DNA of 35,607 bases from the NCBI GenBank assembly GCA_963835065.1, contig CAWIEK010000062.1, positions 1-35,607 of the forward strand, in the 5' to 3' direction. The stretch's first letter is position 1. Each line of letters starts with the position of its first letter. The translations under genes and the position numbers were made by a program. This document shows, piece by piece, positions 8,811 to 19,868 of the stretch. Source of the DNA: an uncultured Chthonomonadaceae bacterium. GTDB taxonomy: Bacteria > Armatimonadota > Chthonomonadetes > Chthonomonadales > Chthonomonadaceae. Below the pieces are notes generated by a model. The model worked only from the letters and a program-made list of their open reading frames with translations. It did no database searches and was not told the DNA's origin.

Positions 8811-9836
8811 TTACACAGCGGTCTGCAAGCGGGGCGTTTGCTGGCGCAGTTGCTGTCGCTGCGCCTGAAACACCAGGCTGATAATGGTTTCCTGCTGCCA
8901 GGCGGGAAGTTCTACAAATTCGCCCCGCACCCGCAGACCCAGGCCGCCGCGAACCACGATACGCTCACAGGAATGGACGCGCAATTTTAACGGTTCGTCG
9001 CGCAGGAGCGGCAGGTTGAGGCGACATTTCAGCAGCGCGTTCCTGTCCCACTGTTCGCACAAGCGGGCAATGGTGTCCGGGCGTAAAACGCTGTCGAGTT
9101 CCAGGCAGAGGCCACTCCCGGACAAATCGCGCAGCGTCCCGCGCAGGACGTTATTCACATTCTCCTTTGCGCGATTATTGCCGATGCTGCCGGGGTTGTC
9201 CGTCATTTGAACCGCTGCGCCGCTGTGAATGGAAGCGCGGACGTGCCGCCGCCGCTGAATACGGGCCAGCCAGAACGGAAGTTTGACCGCGATTTGCGTA
9301 CACAAGGGCTGTTCCGGGTCCGGGCGAACACTGCGCACAGTGGCTTCAAAACGGAAAAGTTCGCTGTCGCCCGTGACCTGAAGCGCGAGGGTTTGCCCGA
9401 CGCGCAGCGAATTTCTCAGCGCGATTGCGCCGCGCTCATCCCGCGTAATCGTTTCCGGTTCCAGCAGAAGCAGCAAAAGTCCGCGTGACATTCCGATGAT
9501 GCGCCCGGTCATTTCGCTGCCGATACTTGCTTCCGGTTCACCGAAAATTGTGTCGGCAACAGAGGCGGAGGCAACAAGCCCTGCCGCAGTGTGACCTTCA
9601 CGTGGAAAGGCTGAAGTTGCAGCGGCTTTGTCTTCCCCCGCCGCAATGCGAAAACGCTGGCCGGCGCACAGCGCTGCGGTCGCCTGCGCTACTTCGCCTG
9701 CCGCCAGTTGCCGCGCCTGCTTCCAGTACCAGAACCGCTCCGATGCCTGCCACAAACTCGCCAGAATCAAGCCCGCCCCGGTCAGCAACATTGCCCAAAC
9801 AATCCAAACGGCCCACGTACCCTCAGCGTACTGCAT
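8811..9836 (-). CDS. Membrane-anchored PilZ-domain protein (YcgR/flagellar-brake-like c-di-GMP effector)
   Basis: QRRRHVR (RxxxR) and DLSGSG (DxSxxG) motifs; N-terminal TM helix; GGGAG SD. Confidence 0.85.
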   Translation of the reverse strand: MQYAEGTWAVWIVWAMLLTGAGLILASLWQASERFWYWKQARQLAAGEVAQATAALCAGQRFRIAAGEDKAAATSAFPREGHTAAGLVASASVADTIFGEPEASIGSEMTGRIIGMSRGLLLLLLEPETITRDERGAIALRNSLRVGQTLALQVTGDSELFRFEATVRSVRPDPEQPLCTQIAVKLPFWLARIQRRRHVRASIHSGAAVQMTDNPGSIGNNRAKENVNNVLRGTLRDLSGSGLCLELDSVLRPDTIARLCEQWDRNALLKCRLNLPLLRDEPLKLRVHSCERIVVRGGLGLRVRGEFVELPAWQQETIISLVFQAQRQQLRQQTPRLQTAV

Positions 9837-9961
9837 GGCTGCGCTCCCTGTAACAACAACTTGCTGCTAACGTAACAGCGAGTTGCTGCAATGGCCTCGC
9901 GCTTCCATGCGCCACGTCGGAAATCCGTTTCCTGATTGCGTTTGCATATAGACGTACAACC

Positions 9962-9978
9962 TGCAAGATTTGTGCCAA
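9962..9978 (-). promoter_or_regulatory. Sigma54 (-24/-12) promoter for the PilZ gene
   Basis: Minus strand reads TTGGCACAAATCTTGCA, with GG and GC separated by the canonical 10 nt, about 125 bp upstream of the PilZ start. Confidence 0.75.
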
Positions 9979-10018
9979 AAATGCGCGAAACGTCCCTACA
10001 GGAACATTTCGCGCATTT
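9977..10018 (-). terminator. Intrinsic terminator of the prepilin-like gene
   Basis: Stem aaatgcgcgaaa / tttcgcgcattt ending in a T-run on the minus strand, about 15 bp past the stop codon. Confidence 0.75.
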
Positions 10019-10032
10019 CTACGAGAGTATTC

Positions 10033-10776
10033 TTATGGGCATGCCGTCCGTCCCACATCGCCGTAGATGTAGCCCGCGCCGACAATCTGGCTGGGCCGAT
10101 GGTATTTGGAGTGGCCGTCCATAAACGTCACATTGGAGCCGTCAATGTGCCGGGTAGAAATCAGGTTGCCGCCAAGTCCATTAGTGGGCGGCAGAAAGTA
10201 GCCGTCGTCGGTGGAATCGCCGGAGATGTCGCCGGCATCTTCGCACTCTTCCATCAGCATAATCCAGCTGCTCGTTGAGTCGAAAGCGGCCAGCGTTTTG
10301 CCGTAAACGAACGGCATTGCGGGCGTGGGGCTGCCATCGAAAGCGCAGCCGTTGACGGCGTAAGAGTTGCCGTTGTAGCGTCCCTTGCTGTCGTCGGGGC
10401 ACACGAAGACCTGCGCGTTTTTTACGTAGGAGTAGATCGCGCCGTAGCGGGGATCATAGCCCGCCGGCCCGGTTCTGCTGTCCGCCGCAAACTTATTATA
10501 GTAAATCCAGCCGCCCTGCTTGCCCGCCGCGTCCGCGCCCACAGCGGCAGACGGCAGCTGCTCGTCGTAATCCTGCACGTACTGGAAAAAGGCCAGTCCC
10601 AACTGTTTTTCGTTGCTCAGGCAACTGGTGCGCCGCGCCATTTCGCGGGCGCGGGCAAAGGAGGGAAACAAAATGGAGGCCAAAATCGAGATGATGGCAA
10701 TGACCACAAGCAGCTCGATGAGGGTAAAGGCGGCATTAGGTGTTAGGCGTTGAGCATTGAGGGTTGTGTGGCGCAT
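10033..10776 (-). CDS. Prepilin-type N-terminal cleavage/methylation protein with DUF1559 and H-X9-DG motif
   Basis: [48 protein letters not shown]-terminal [12 protein letters not shown]; start at ATG 10776 after GGAAGGA. Confidence 0.92.
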   Translation of the reverse strand: MRHTTLNAQRLTPNAAFTLIELLVVIAIISILASILFPSFARAREMARRTSCLSNEKQLGLAFFQYVQDYDEQLPSAAVGADAAGKQGGWIYYNKFAADSRTGPAGYDPRYGAIYSYVKNAQVFVCPDDSKGRYNGNSYAVNGCAFDGSPTPAMPFVYGKTLAAFDSTSSWIMLMEECEDAGDISGDSTDDGYFLPPTNGLGGNLISTRHIDGSNVTFMDGHSKYHRPSQIVGAGYIYGDVGRTACP

Positions 10777-11093
10777 ACTGCAGTGTCCTTCCAGCGATAG
10801 AATGTCACAGGTGACGTTACAAACAAGAGACGTTCCAAACAAAGACTTTAACAGGTTTCCGCAAGCAGTCTTTTCGATAGTCTGGTTGGGGAGTGGAAAA
10901 GCGTGTGGCGAAAAACAAAGCGTAGGCGGCTGCGCGACCGCCTGTAACCATTATAACACAGGTTTTGCCGGAACACAGATTACCTGACGAATAATGAGCC
11001 GTTGCCGGAGGAGCAACGAGAATAGTCTGCACATCGGCGTAATTTCGGTGTATACTATTTCCGCGTATACTAACGAGCCGGAGGAAATCAGCT

Positions 11094-11336
11094 ATGAAAC
11101 TGGATCGCATCAGCGTCCACCCCGCGCGCATGAACGGTCAGCCCTGTGTGCGGAACCTGCGACTTACTGTAAGGCGCGTCATGCAATTGCTGGCAGCCTA
11201 CCCGGATCGCCAGGAACTGCATCAGGAATTTCCTGAATTGGAAGACGAGGATATACGGCAGGCGTTGCTCTTTGCCTCCGCTTATCTGGATGACCGCGTT
11301 GTAGAATTTCCGGTGAACCATGAAGCTGCTGCTTGA
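11094..11336 (+). CDS. DUF433 protein (putative antitoxin)
   Basis: RISVHPARMNGQPCVRNLRLTV...EFPELEDEDIRQAL; GGAGG SD; overlaps the downstream PIN gene. Confidence 0.9.
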   Translation: MKLDRISVHPARMNGQPCVRNLRLTVRRVMQLLAAYPDRQELHQEFPELEDEDIRQALLFASAYLDDRVVEFPVNHEAAA

Positions 11337-11691
11337 TCAGGGATTGCCGCGCTCCACTGCCGTCCTTTTGCGGCAGGCAGGGTTGGACGCGCTCCATGTT
11401 GGCGAAATCGGCTACGCGACAGCGGAAGATGAGGCCATTCTGGAGCGTGGCAGGGAAGAAGATCGAATCATAGTAACACTTGATGCCGACTTTCATACCC
11501 TTCTGGCTCTGTCGGAGGCAAGTACGCCCTCTGTAATTCGCCTCCGCATTGAGGGGCTACGCGGAGAAGCGGCTGCCGCGTTACTGCAAGCGATTATAAC
11601 GCAGTTTGATGAAGATTTGGAGCAGGGAGCGGCAGTAACTGTGCAAGAGGGACGTGTTCGTGTTCGGCGTCTTCCATTACGGTCAGAGTAA
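11320..11691 (+). CDS. DUF5615 PIN-like protein (putative toxin, VapC45-like)
   Basis: MKLLLDQGLP, DEAIL, IIVTLDADF and PSVIRLR carry the PIN acidic residues; paired with DUF433. Confidence 0.9.
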   Translation: MKLLLDQGLPRSTAVLLRQAGLDALHVGEIGYATAEDEAILERGREEDRIIVTLDADFHTLLALSEASTPSVIRLRIEGLRGEAAAALLQAIITQFDEDLEQGAAVTVQEGRVRVRRLPLRSE

Positions 11692-11836
11692 GGCCATACA
11701 ACCCGATTATCTGGCGGTTGCCGGCCTTCGGTGTCTGACTCCGCGTTCGGCTGCTATTTCGAAGCCGCGCTTTCTCCCAACTTCCGTTTGTCTCTTTCGT
11801 CTTATTTCGCATTTTTCACGGTTCGTTCACATGTAT

Positions 11837-12520
11837 TCAGGGCTGAAAGGTTCCGATTGCGATGCCGGCGCGCAGGGGCACGATCATGCTCGTGAACTGC
11901 GGATGCGCGGCCAGGCGTTCGTTGAAAATGCGAATGGCGAGGATGCGCGGATCGTCGGCAGCGGGATCGAGCAGGGTTTGTCCGTTCCACGAGTCGGCGC
12001 GCAGCACGTTATCGGCCAGCAATAATCCGCCCGGACGCAGAACCTTAACCGACCAGTCGAGAAATTCGGGATAGTGGGATTTATCGGCGTCCAGAAAGAT
12101 TACGTCGAATTTCTGGCCGCTTGTTTCCGTTTCGGATTGCAGCCGCGCCAGCCAGTCGCGCGCCCCGCCCTCCCGCACTTCCACTTTTTCTCCACCCGCG
12201 CGTTGCGCCAACTGTTCCCGCGCAAAGTCGGCATACGCGGCGTTGGCTTCGATGCTGATAACCTTGCCTTCATCGGGCAGGGCGCGCGCAAACCACAGGG
12301 CGCTATGCCCCGCGAGTGTGCCGAACTCCACGACCCGCTTGGCCCCAACCGCGCGGCACAGCACTTGAAACAATCGCCCCACGTCACTGGAAATCTCCCA
12401 GCCCGTCGGCATCCCAAAATCCGCCGCCGCCCGCGTCAGCGCGATCAAATCCGCGTCTTCGGGCGCAAACAGGCCGTGTATGTATTCCAGCAATTCCAGC
12501 GGCATCGGACCGTTCAGCAT
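11837..12520 (-). CDS. SAM-dependent O-methyltransferase (CCoAOMT/YrrM-like)
   Basis: VVEFGTLAGHS, FDVIFLDADK, LRPGGLLLADN; GAGGAG SD. Confidence 0.92.
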   Translation of the reverse strand: MLNGPMPLELLEYIHGLFAPEDADLIALTRAAADFGMPTGWEISSDVGRLFQVLCRAVGAKRVVEFGTLAGHSALWFARALPDEGKVISIEANAAYADFAREQLAQRAGGEKVEVREGGARDWLARLQSETETSGQKFDVIFLDADKSHYPEFLDWSVKVLRPGGLLLADNVLRADSWNGQTLLDPAADDPRILAIRIFNERLAAHPQFTSMIVPLRAGIAIGTFQP

Positions 12521-12655
12521 GATGCTCCTCTCCTGATTGCCTCACCTTAAAACCGATCTCAACAGGCGCGGCATTTGCGTCCTGCGGACGTTTGATCTTT
12601 CACCAATTTACCGGCAACAATCTTTACTCTCACTCTTCACTCTCATACTCCACTT

Positions 12656-13645
<990 letters not shown>

Positions 13646-13670
13646 GCGTATCTCCTGACTCTTGAATGTG

Positions 13671-15848
13671 TTACTTTTTGCTCGACGCCCGGAAGGCGCT
13701 GTCGGGAATGGGCGCGTCGAACTTTACGTCTTTCACGATGGTAATGGTTTCACTGCCCGATGCGGCTTCCACCGTTTTGAAAGCGACCATCACGCCGTCT
13801 ACGGGGCGGTAGTCGCTGAACGTGGTAACGCTCGTCAGGGCGATGCCAAGTTCCGGGTTCATTTCCTGCGTTTCGCGCTGGAGCAGCAGGAACGTTTTCG
13901 TGGAATAGCGCTCGACAACGGGGCTGCCTTTTTCGGGCGTCTTTTCCACCACATACGCTTCTTCATCGCCAACTTTCGCAATGGCCTTGATGACAACGGA
14001 TTTATAGGCGGTTTTCCAGTTCAATTCGCGGTAAAAGTCCGCATTCATCAGAGCCGCTTTGAGTTGGCTGTCGGTCAGGGGCGTGGAAACCGCAAAACTA
14101 TTCTCTTCGCCGCCCTGCGCTCCGTCGAAGAATTTGCGCATGGTAGCGATTTTCTTGCCTGCCGCGCGCAGGGTGATGATTTCCGCGCTTGCTGCGGGGG
14201 CGCGCTGGTACGCGATGCCCTCACCGACAATTCCCTGTCCCGGCAGTTCAACCGTTGTTCGCGCCTGCATGGACTTATGCCTGCGCAGGTTGGCCTCGCC
14301 TCCTGAAGCCGCAATCACTTTCGCCATCAAATCCTCAATGGTCAAGGGCGGCACAAAGGCGGGCGCGGGCGCTTTCGGTTTGGCAATCAGCGTGGCTCCG
14401 TTCTGCTCGAAAAGTATCTCGGTCACATTCGGATCGTCTTTGGCGGGCCGGAATGTCAGAAAGATACCCGTTACGCCCGGCACGTCTACGGCATAGCGGC
14501 GTCCTCCCAGGTTTTTGAGGGGCAGATGGGGCTGTCCGGTCGGCTGCGCTGTCAGTTTGCCGTCATTCAGCGTGATATTGAGGTCCAGTTTCGGCAGCAG
14601 GGCGTACAAGCCGACTTCATGCGCCGGGTCGCCGGCGGGCATAGCGGGAGTGGAAGCGGCAGTATCATTCGGCGTGGGCGCAGCCGGTGTGCCAAGCAGG
14701 TCGTCCCACACGATGTCCAGACATACGTTTTGCAGGGGCGTGACATTCAAATTGGTGAGCAGCACAAAGCCAAGATTCTGGTCGGGCATAAAGGCGACGG
14801 CGGAAGAAAAGCCGTCTATGTTGCCGCCATGCTCCACCACCTTATGCCCGTGCCAGTTGCGCAGGAACCAGCCATAGCCGTAGCCGACGCCCCCGCCCAC
14901 ATCTATATGTTTGGTCAGTAATTCCGCGAAACTGGTTTCCGACAGCAGGCGCTTGTCGCCGATTTTGCCACCGCCAAGCATCAGGCGCAGCCATTGCGCC
15001 ATGTCCTGCGCGTTGGAATTGATAGCCCCGGCGGGCGCAATTACGTTCAAATCGCGGGTGGGCAGCAGGCGCGTGGTTTTCGCGCTGCTGTTGTAGCCGT
15101 AGCCCCGCGAGAAATCTTTGCGCTTCTGCATGTCGTGGACGGAAAGCGTAGTGTCTTTCATTTGAAGCGGTTTGAAAATGCGATCTTTCAGCACGTCCGC
15201 CCAGGGCCGCTCCTGCGCACCGGCAACCACTTCCCCGGCTGCCAGAAACATCACATTCTGGTACTGAAACTTCTCGCCCAGTTTCGCCGTTGGTTTCGCT
15301 TCTCCTGCTACTTGTATTACTTCCTGCGGGCGCAGTTTGCCCGTGTACCAGGCCAGGTCGGTGCGTTCCAGACCGGAGCGATGGCAGAGCAGGTCGCTGA
15401 CGGTGATTTTCGCGTCCGCCTCCGGGTCTCTCAGTTTGAAGTAGGGCAGATATTTGCGGGGCGGATCGGACAACGCCAGTTTGCCGTCGTCCACGCTCAT
15501 CATGGCGGTCATGGCGGTAAACGCTTTGGTGGAAGAGCCGATAGCGAAAAGGGTCTGCGGAGTCACGGGCAATTTACGCTCCACGTCGCGCAGTCCCATG
15601 CCTTGAATGGCGACGATTTTATCGTCTTTCACAATCACAAGCGCCGCGCCCGGCACGTGGTACTCTTCGCGCTTGGCGTCCAGGTCTTTCTGCGCCTTCG
15701 CCAGCCGGGAAGCGAAATCGCCCTGAGCGGCAACAACGGGAACAGGCGGCGCGGGCGCGTTCTGAGCGTGAACAGGAAGCAGGGGAAGAACAGATAAGCC
15801 GAGGCAGGCGCAGGCAAAACCCACTCGGAAAACGAACCGTGTCAACAT
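13671..15848 (-). CDS. Secreted serine hydrolase (beta-lactamase/class C fold) with two C-terminal beta-rich domains
   Basis: SxxK (SSTK), YxN (YQN) and HGG motifs; signal peptide ending VHA-Q; start at ATG 15848 after GGGAG. Confidence 0.9.
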   Translation of the reverse strand: MLTRFVFRVGFACACLGLSVLPLLPVHAQNAPAPPVPVVAAQGDFASRLAKAQKDLDAKREEYHVPGAALVIVKDDKIVAIQGMGLRDVERKLPVTPQTLFAIGSSTKAFTAMTAMMSVDDGKLALSDPPRKYLPYFKLRDPEADAKITVSDLLCHRSGLERTDLAWYTGKLRPQEVIQVAGEAKPTAKLGEKFQYQNVMFLAAGEVVAGAQERPWADVLKDRIFKPLQMKDTTLSVHDMQKRKDFSRGYGYNSSAKTTRLLPTRDLNVIAPAGAINSNAQDMAQWLRLMLGGGKIGDKRLLSETSFAELLTKHIDVGGGVGYGYGWFLRNWHGHKVVEHGGNIDGFSSAVAFMPDQNLGFVLLTNLNVTPLQNVCLDIVWDDLLGTPAAPTPNDTAASTPAMPAGDPAHEVGLYALLPKLDLNITLNDGKLTAQPTGQPHLPLKNLGGRRYAVDVPGVTGIFLTFRPAKDDPNVTEILFEQNGATLIAKPKAPAPAFVPPLTIEDLMAKVIAASGGEANLRRHKSMQARTTVELPGQGIVGEGIAYQRAPAASAEIITLRAAGKKIATMRKFFDGAQGGEENSFAVSTPLTDSQLKAALMNADFYRELNWKTAYKSVVIKAIAKVGDEEAYVVEKTPEKGSPVVERYSTKTFLLLQRETQEMNPELGIALTSVTTFSDYRPVDGVMVAFKTVEAASGSETITIVKDVKFDAPIPDSAFRASSKK

Positions 15849-15908
15849 AATAATAGAATCTCCCGGAAAGAAAAAAGCGGATTGGTCAGAAGTTTTCAAT
15901 GCTGCGGC

Positions 15909-15936
15909 TTCATCCTTCATCCTTCATCCTTCATCC
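15909..15936. repeat. Perfect heptamer tandem (TTCATCC)x4 overlapping the DinB stop
   Basis: Four exact copies; they encode the terminal MKDEG* of the DinB gene. Confidence 0.9.
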
Positions 15937-16405
15937 TTGTCCACTGCGCTACTTGCCGCGTATGGTAGCCATCATGCCCCAAAATGAATGAGACAAGGTT
16001 TTCCAGCGTAAGGATGCCGATGGTGTCGCGGTTGCCCATGCGCGGCCAGGCTTCAGGGGGCAGCGCGCGCAAGGTTGCCAGCAAATTAGCGCGTCCCGAA
16101 CGGAAGCGGGACAGGCTTGCGCGCGGGTCGCTGTGCGCGTAATCGTTTGTAATCGCCAGCTTCCCCTCATCTACGTCGGCGAGGAGAGGCATGTCTTCAT
16201 CACGGATGCGCTCAATGCGCTGCAAGAAGATCGGTTCCCAATCCGCCAGATGCGCGACGATTTCGCGCAGGGTAAAGCGGTCCGGGTCGGGGCGCGTATC
16301 CCAGCGCGCGTCGGTAGGCGTCACGTCATGGAGCAAGGCTTCCAGCACATCGGGAGTGCCTTCCAGTCCGCTCAAAATATAGCGTAAAGCAACGGGAGGG
16401 AGCAT
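15917..16405 (-). CDS. DinB/YfiT-family protein
   Basis: FTLREIVAHLADWE and GHDGYH metal-binding histidines; AAGGA SD. Confidence 0.9.
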   Translation of the reverse strand: MLPPVALRYILSGLEGTPDVLEALLHDVTPTDARWDTRPDPDRFTLREIVAHLADWEPIFLQRIERIRDEDMPLLADVDEGKLAITNDYAHSDPRASLSRFRSGRANLLATLRALPPEAWPRMGNRDTIGILTLENLVSFILGHDGYHTRQVAQWTRMKDEG

Positions 16406-16420
16406 CGTATGGTTTCCTTT

Positions 16421-16493
16421 GGTGTCGGTGTTCGGTGTTCGGGTGTTCAGGTGTTCAGGTGTTCGGACAATCCGGCGTGTTCATGTTATCAGG
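16421..16493 (+). repeat. Composite repeat copy 1: (GGTGTTC[A/G])n + GGACAATCCGG..GTTCATG tail
   Basis: Related copies at 17401-17464 (direct) and 22488-22535 (inverted). Confidence 0.8.
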
Positions 16494-16670
16494 TGAACGT
16501 CGTTCTTATGGACTGTGTTGTTGCTGATGATGGTTTGATTGTTGATTCATGGGTTGTGGGGCGCGTTTGCGCGCCTGCCTCTCGCATCTGATATAATACC
16601 TTTGGAACGGAAAAAGAAAACGCAAATTTTTGCAGCGCCACATTGCGAATGGCAAAAGGATACCAGACAC

Positions 16671-17396
16671 ATGGCAAACGCAGGGTTGAAAATGGCAGTG
16701 TTGGGAATGGCAGGCTTGCTGCTGAACGCGCCCATAGCAAAAGGAAATACACCGCGCCGCCCACAATTGAAGCAGCCAACCGGCTGGGAAGCCAAGGGAA
16801 CGCTGTTTGAAGCGTGTTCGTGCAGCGTGCCGTGTCCGTGCAACTTTGGGCAAGCGCCATCGCGCGGCTTTTGCCACACCGTTTATGCGTATCGGCTCAA
16901 AACGGCGCGCTACAACGGCGTTGTTCTGGACGGGCTGATCTTCGGCGGCGGCGAGGGCGATAAGGGCGCGATGGGATTTGTGGATGCCCGCGCCACACCC
17001 GCGCAGCGTCCCATTCTGGAGAAACTGGCCTTAGCCGTTTTCGGCAAGGGCGGCGCGTCTTCCGGGGCGCGCTCGTTTACAGCCGCGAAGTTAATAACGG
17101 AAGACAGCCCCGCAAAGTTTCGGCTGGATTTCGGCGACGCGGGCGGATTTGCGGCGGATATTCTGATTGGCGCGGACGGTAAAAACCCGATTATCGTGGA
17201 AAACAACACGACCTGGCCCGTCCGCCGCTTTGTCAAGGGCAAAACCACGCGCTTCGCGTACAAGGACGCGCTCGGCAACAAGCTGCAATTCGACGGGGTG
17301 AACGCCAATCTCGGCGAGTTCAATCTATCAGGCGGCACAACGGGCGCGGACGCCAAAGCGGGCGCAACCGGCTCCTGCTGCGCCCCGAAAAACTGA
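16671..17396 (+). CDS. DUF1326-domain Cys-rich protein with a probable signal peptide
   Basis: EACSCSVPCPCNFG...GFC, FVDARATPAQR..L; start at ATG 16671 after AAGGA. Confidence 0.8.
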   Translation: MANAGLKMAVLGMAGLLLNAPIAKGNTPRRPQLKQPTGWEAKGTLFEACSCSVPCPCNFGQAPSRGFCHTVYAYRLKTARYNGVVLDGLIFGGGEGDKGAMGFVDARATPAQRPILEKLALAVFGKGGASSGARSFTAAKLITEDSPAKFRLDFGDAGGFAADILIGADGKNPIIVENNTTWPVRRFVKGKTTRFAYKDALGNKLQFDGVNANLGEFNLSGGTTGADAKAGATGSCCAPKN

Positions 17397-17400
17397 AATG

Positions 17401-17464
17401 CGGGTGTTCAGGTGTTCAGGTATTCGGTATTCGGTGTTCGGTATTCGGGTCATCCGGCGCGTTC
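17401..17464 (+). repeat. Composite repeat copy 2
   Basis: cgggtgttcaggtgttcaggtattcggtattcggtgttcggtattcgggtcatccggcgcgttc. Confidence 0.8.
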
Positions 17465-17537
17465 GCGCGCGGGCACGAACCGAGCAGGCAAGGTTGATTT
17501 GGAGAAGGCTGCGCAATAATTTTGTTTGGGAGGCGGG

Positions 17538-18908
17538 ATGCAGTATTACAAACCGGAGGGGCCGCGCTTTGTGGGCGACTGTATGCCGTTCTTCCATGCG
17601 GGACGGTTTCATCTGTTCTATCTGCTGGATGAAAACCACCATGCGGGGCTGAACGGTTTGGGCGGGCATCAATGGGCGCATGCCTCCACGACGGATTTAG
17701 TTCACTGGCAGCAGCATCCGCTCGCACTGGCTGTGGAAGAGGAGTGGGAAGCCTCGATTTGCACGGGTTCCGTTTTCTGGCATGAGGGCGTGTTCCATGC
17801 TTTTTACGCCACGCGCAAACCCGATTGGACACAGCACCTCAGCCACGCGGCAAGTTCGGATGGCATTGCTTTTGTCAAAACGCGCCCCATCCCCGTGCTG
17901 CCTGTTCCTGCCGGGTACGATCCCCTGCATTTCCGCGATCCGTTCGTGTTTCAGGACGAGGCCGGGCGCTTTCAAATGCTCATCACCGCCCGGAAAGCGG
18001 ATTATCCGCTCCCGGATCGCGGCGGCTGTTTGCTGCGCCTGAGTTCCTCTGACCTGCTGCATTGGAATGTGGAAGAGCCGCTTCTATTTCCGGGCAGCGC
18101 GGATGATTACGCCGGCATCCCGGAATGTCCCGATTATTTCGTGTGGAACGGCTGGCACTATCTGATTTTCGGGCAGGGGTTGGCGACTCATTACCGCATG
18201 GCGCGCGACTTTCGGGGTCCCTGGCGGCGGCCTCCGAATCCGCTTTTGGACAGCCGCTTGATGGCCGTGATGAAAACCGCGCCTTTTGGAGCCAACCGGC
18301 GGATTGGCGCGGCCTGGATCGGTACGCGCAAAGGCGACGAAGACAAAGGCGCAATGCAGTGGAGCGGCAATCTCGTCCTGCGCGAACTGGTACAGGCCCC
18401 GAACGGCTCACTTTCCACAAAGTTCTTGCCGGAATTTCCTGCCGCAAACGCCGCGCGCCTCGAACCCGTTCTGCTTCCGCTCACGCCCGGCATACAGGGC
18501 GATGCCCACTCCCTGACGCTGGACGCTCCCAACGGGCAAGCCGCAGCCGCGTTTGTGGATTTACCCCATAATTTTCAACTGGATTGCCGCGTCATTCCGC
18601 AAAAAGACAACGCCCGCTTCGGCCTGGGTCTGCGGGGCAATGGCATCTTTCAGGACTATTACACCTTGGCTTTTGACGCGGGATTGCGTACCGTGACGCT
18701 TGCGGATCAGGCGTGTTTGGGAGTGGCGGAGATTACGGAACCATTCGATTTGCAGGTGATTTGCCGGGGCGACATTATAGATGTGTGCATTGGCGGTACA
18801 CGCTGCCTGATTAACCGGCTTCCCCAAAAGCAGGGCAATCGCCTGTTCTGGTTCTGCGAGAACGGGGCTGTCGCGTTTGAAGAGATAGCGGTTAAATCAT
18901 TTTTCTGA
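17538..18908 (+). CDS. Glycoside hydrolase family 32-like (five-blade beta-propeller)
   Basis: GDCMP..FHLFYL, WAHASTTDLVHW, FRDP and ECPD catalytic motifs; GGGAGG SD before ATG 17538. Confidence 0.88.
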   Translation: MQYYKPEGPRFVGDCMPFFHAGRFHLFYLLDENHHAGLNGLGGHQWAHASTTDLVHWQQHPLALAVEEEWEASICTGSVFWHEGVFHAFYATRKPDWTQHLSHAASSDGIAFVKTRPIPVLPVPAGYDPLHFRDPFVFQDEAGRFQMLITARKADYPLPDRGGCLLRLSSSDLLHWNVEEPLLFPGSADDYAGIPECPDYFVWNGWHYLIFGQGLATHYRMARDFRGPWRRPPNPLLDSRLMAVMKTAPFGANRRIGAAWIGTRKGDEDKGAMQWSGNLVLRELVQAPNGSLSTKFLPEFPAANAARLEPVLLPLTPGIQGDAHSLTLDAPNGQAAAAFVDLPHNFQLDCRVIPQKDNARFGLGLRGNGIFQDYYTLAFDAGLRTVTLADQACLGVAEITEPFDLQVICRGDIIDVCIGGTRCLINRLPQKQGNRLFWFCENGAVAFEEIAVKSFF

Positions 18909-18917
18909 GAATAATGC

Positions 18918-19028
18918 TGTAGGGGCGCAATTTATTGTGCCCTCTTTATGCCAATTTATTGCGCCCAAGCCTCTTCGCAGAGACGCAATGTATTGCCCGT
19001 CAGAGGGCGCAATAAATTGCGCCCTACA
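18918..19028. repeat. GTAG-family REP doublet (REPIN-like) between convergent genes
   Basis: tGTAGGGGCGCAATTTATTGTGCCCTCT ... AGAGGGCGCAATAAATTGCGCCCTACa, plus two degenerate internal copies. Confidence 0.85.
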
Positions 19029-19069
19029 AACGTTTATTTGTCCTACAGCACAAGCACATTGGTAGGTTT

Positions 19070-19594
19070 TCAGTATTTGTCTACGGCGATGGGCAGGGGC
19101 TGGTTGTCTTCCTGCTCCAGTTTGCGCAGGGCGCAGATCAATTCCGACATTCCCATGCCTCCAACGGCCTCGCTTGCGGCAGCCTTGCCTTTTTTGGTGG
19201 CGGCTTCCTCGTGCAGGCGCGTCAGGATGTAGCCCAATGGCTGCCCCGTGAGCCGGCGGCTGACGTCGTCCATGACATCGGCAACGACTTCGGCGCGGGT
19301 GCGCGTCGGCCCATAGTACCCTTTGCCGCCGCGTGGACGCCGCTCGACGGTGAGCAGTCCCTTTTCCACCATGCGGCTCAGGGTGACGGCAATGGTGGAA
19401 GGCGACTGCATTTCGCGTTTTTCGCGGCGGCGCGCGAAGTGCATGGCCTCATACACCTGAACTGAAGACTGCGGTTCGCCCGCGTCCCATAGCAGCCGCA
19501 AAATGTCGCCTTCCAGTACGCCCAAAGACGGCACATCATCGCCGCCCACGCCGATGTATTTACGGCGTTTCTCCTTCTCCTGTGTTGCTTCCAT
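19070..19594 (-). CDS. BlaI/MecI/CopY-family transcriptional regulator
   Basis: LGVLEGDILRLLW...STIAVTLSRMVEKGLL winged helix; GGAGG SD. Confidence 0.85.
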   Translation of the reverse strand: MEATQEKEKRRKYIGVGGDDVPSLGVLEGDILRLLWDAGEPQSSVQVYEAMHFARRREKREMQSPSTIAVTLSRMVEKGLLTVERRPRGGKGYYGPTRTRAEVVADVMDDVSRRLTGQPLGYILTRLHEEAATKKGKAAASEAVGGMGMSELICALRKLEQEDNQPLPIAVDKY

Positions 19595-19767
19595 TCCTCC
19601 ACCCTTCCAGCGTCCATGCGTGGACGTCTTCTGATGTTGCCGAAACGTTATTCCGGCAATTTGTGTACAAACTTGAAAACGTACATCTGAAAAATGCTTG
19701 CTGTAGACCGTGCCAAGCGTCCGCTTTCAGTATAACACTTTTTCTGTCAAATTATATTTAACAGCAC

Positions 19768-19826
19768 AAAAAACCCGTACCCGGAATTTGCAGAATATTT
19801 TTATGCAAATTCCGGGCACAGGGTTT
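19768..19826 (-). terminator. Intrinsic terminator of the MFS gene
   Basis: Core stem cccggaatttgca / tgcaaattccggg, followed by a T-run on the minus strand. Confidence 0.7.
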
Positions 19827-19868
19827 CTGATACTTCAGGGAAGGCGTTAATTTTGTTCTAAAAAGGCG

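Noticed and set aside
9837..9960. Possible c-di-GMP riboswitch upstream of the PilZ gene
   Set aside because: The GEMM hallmarks (GGCAAAC..GAAA..GCAAA) could not be placed; only an unspecific imperfect hairpin is present.
10780..11090. Riboswitch upstream of the first prepilin gene
   Set aside because: Only a TGtTATAAT extended -10-like element and a short hairpin are visible; no known aptamer recognised.
11094..11691. DUF433-DUF5615 pair as a novel system
   Set aside because: Common, already described putative toxin-antitoxin pair; listed as features only.
16421..17464. Possible CRISPR array or integron attC sites
   Set aside because: Repeat units are ~7 bp with no unique spacers, no cas or integrase genes are present, and there is no RYYYAAC/GTTRRRY attC structure.
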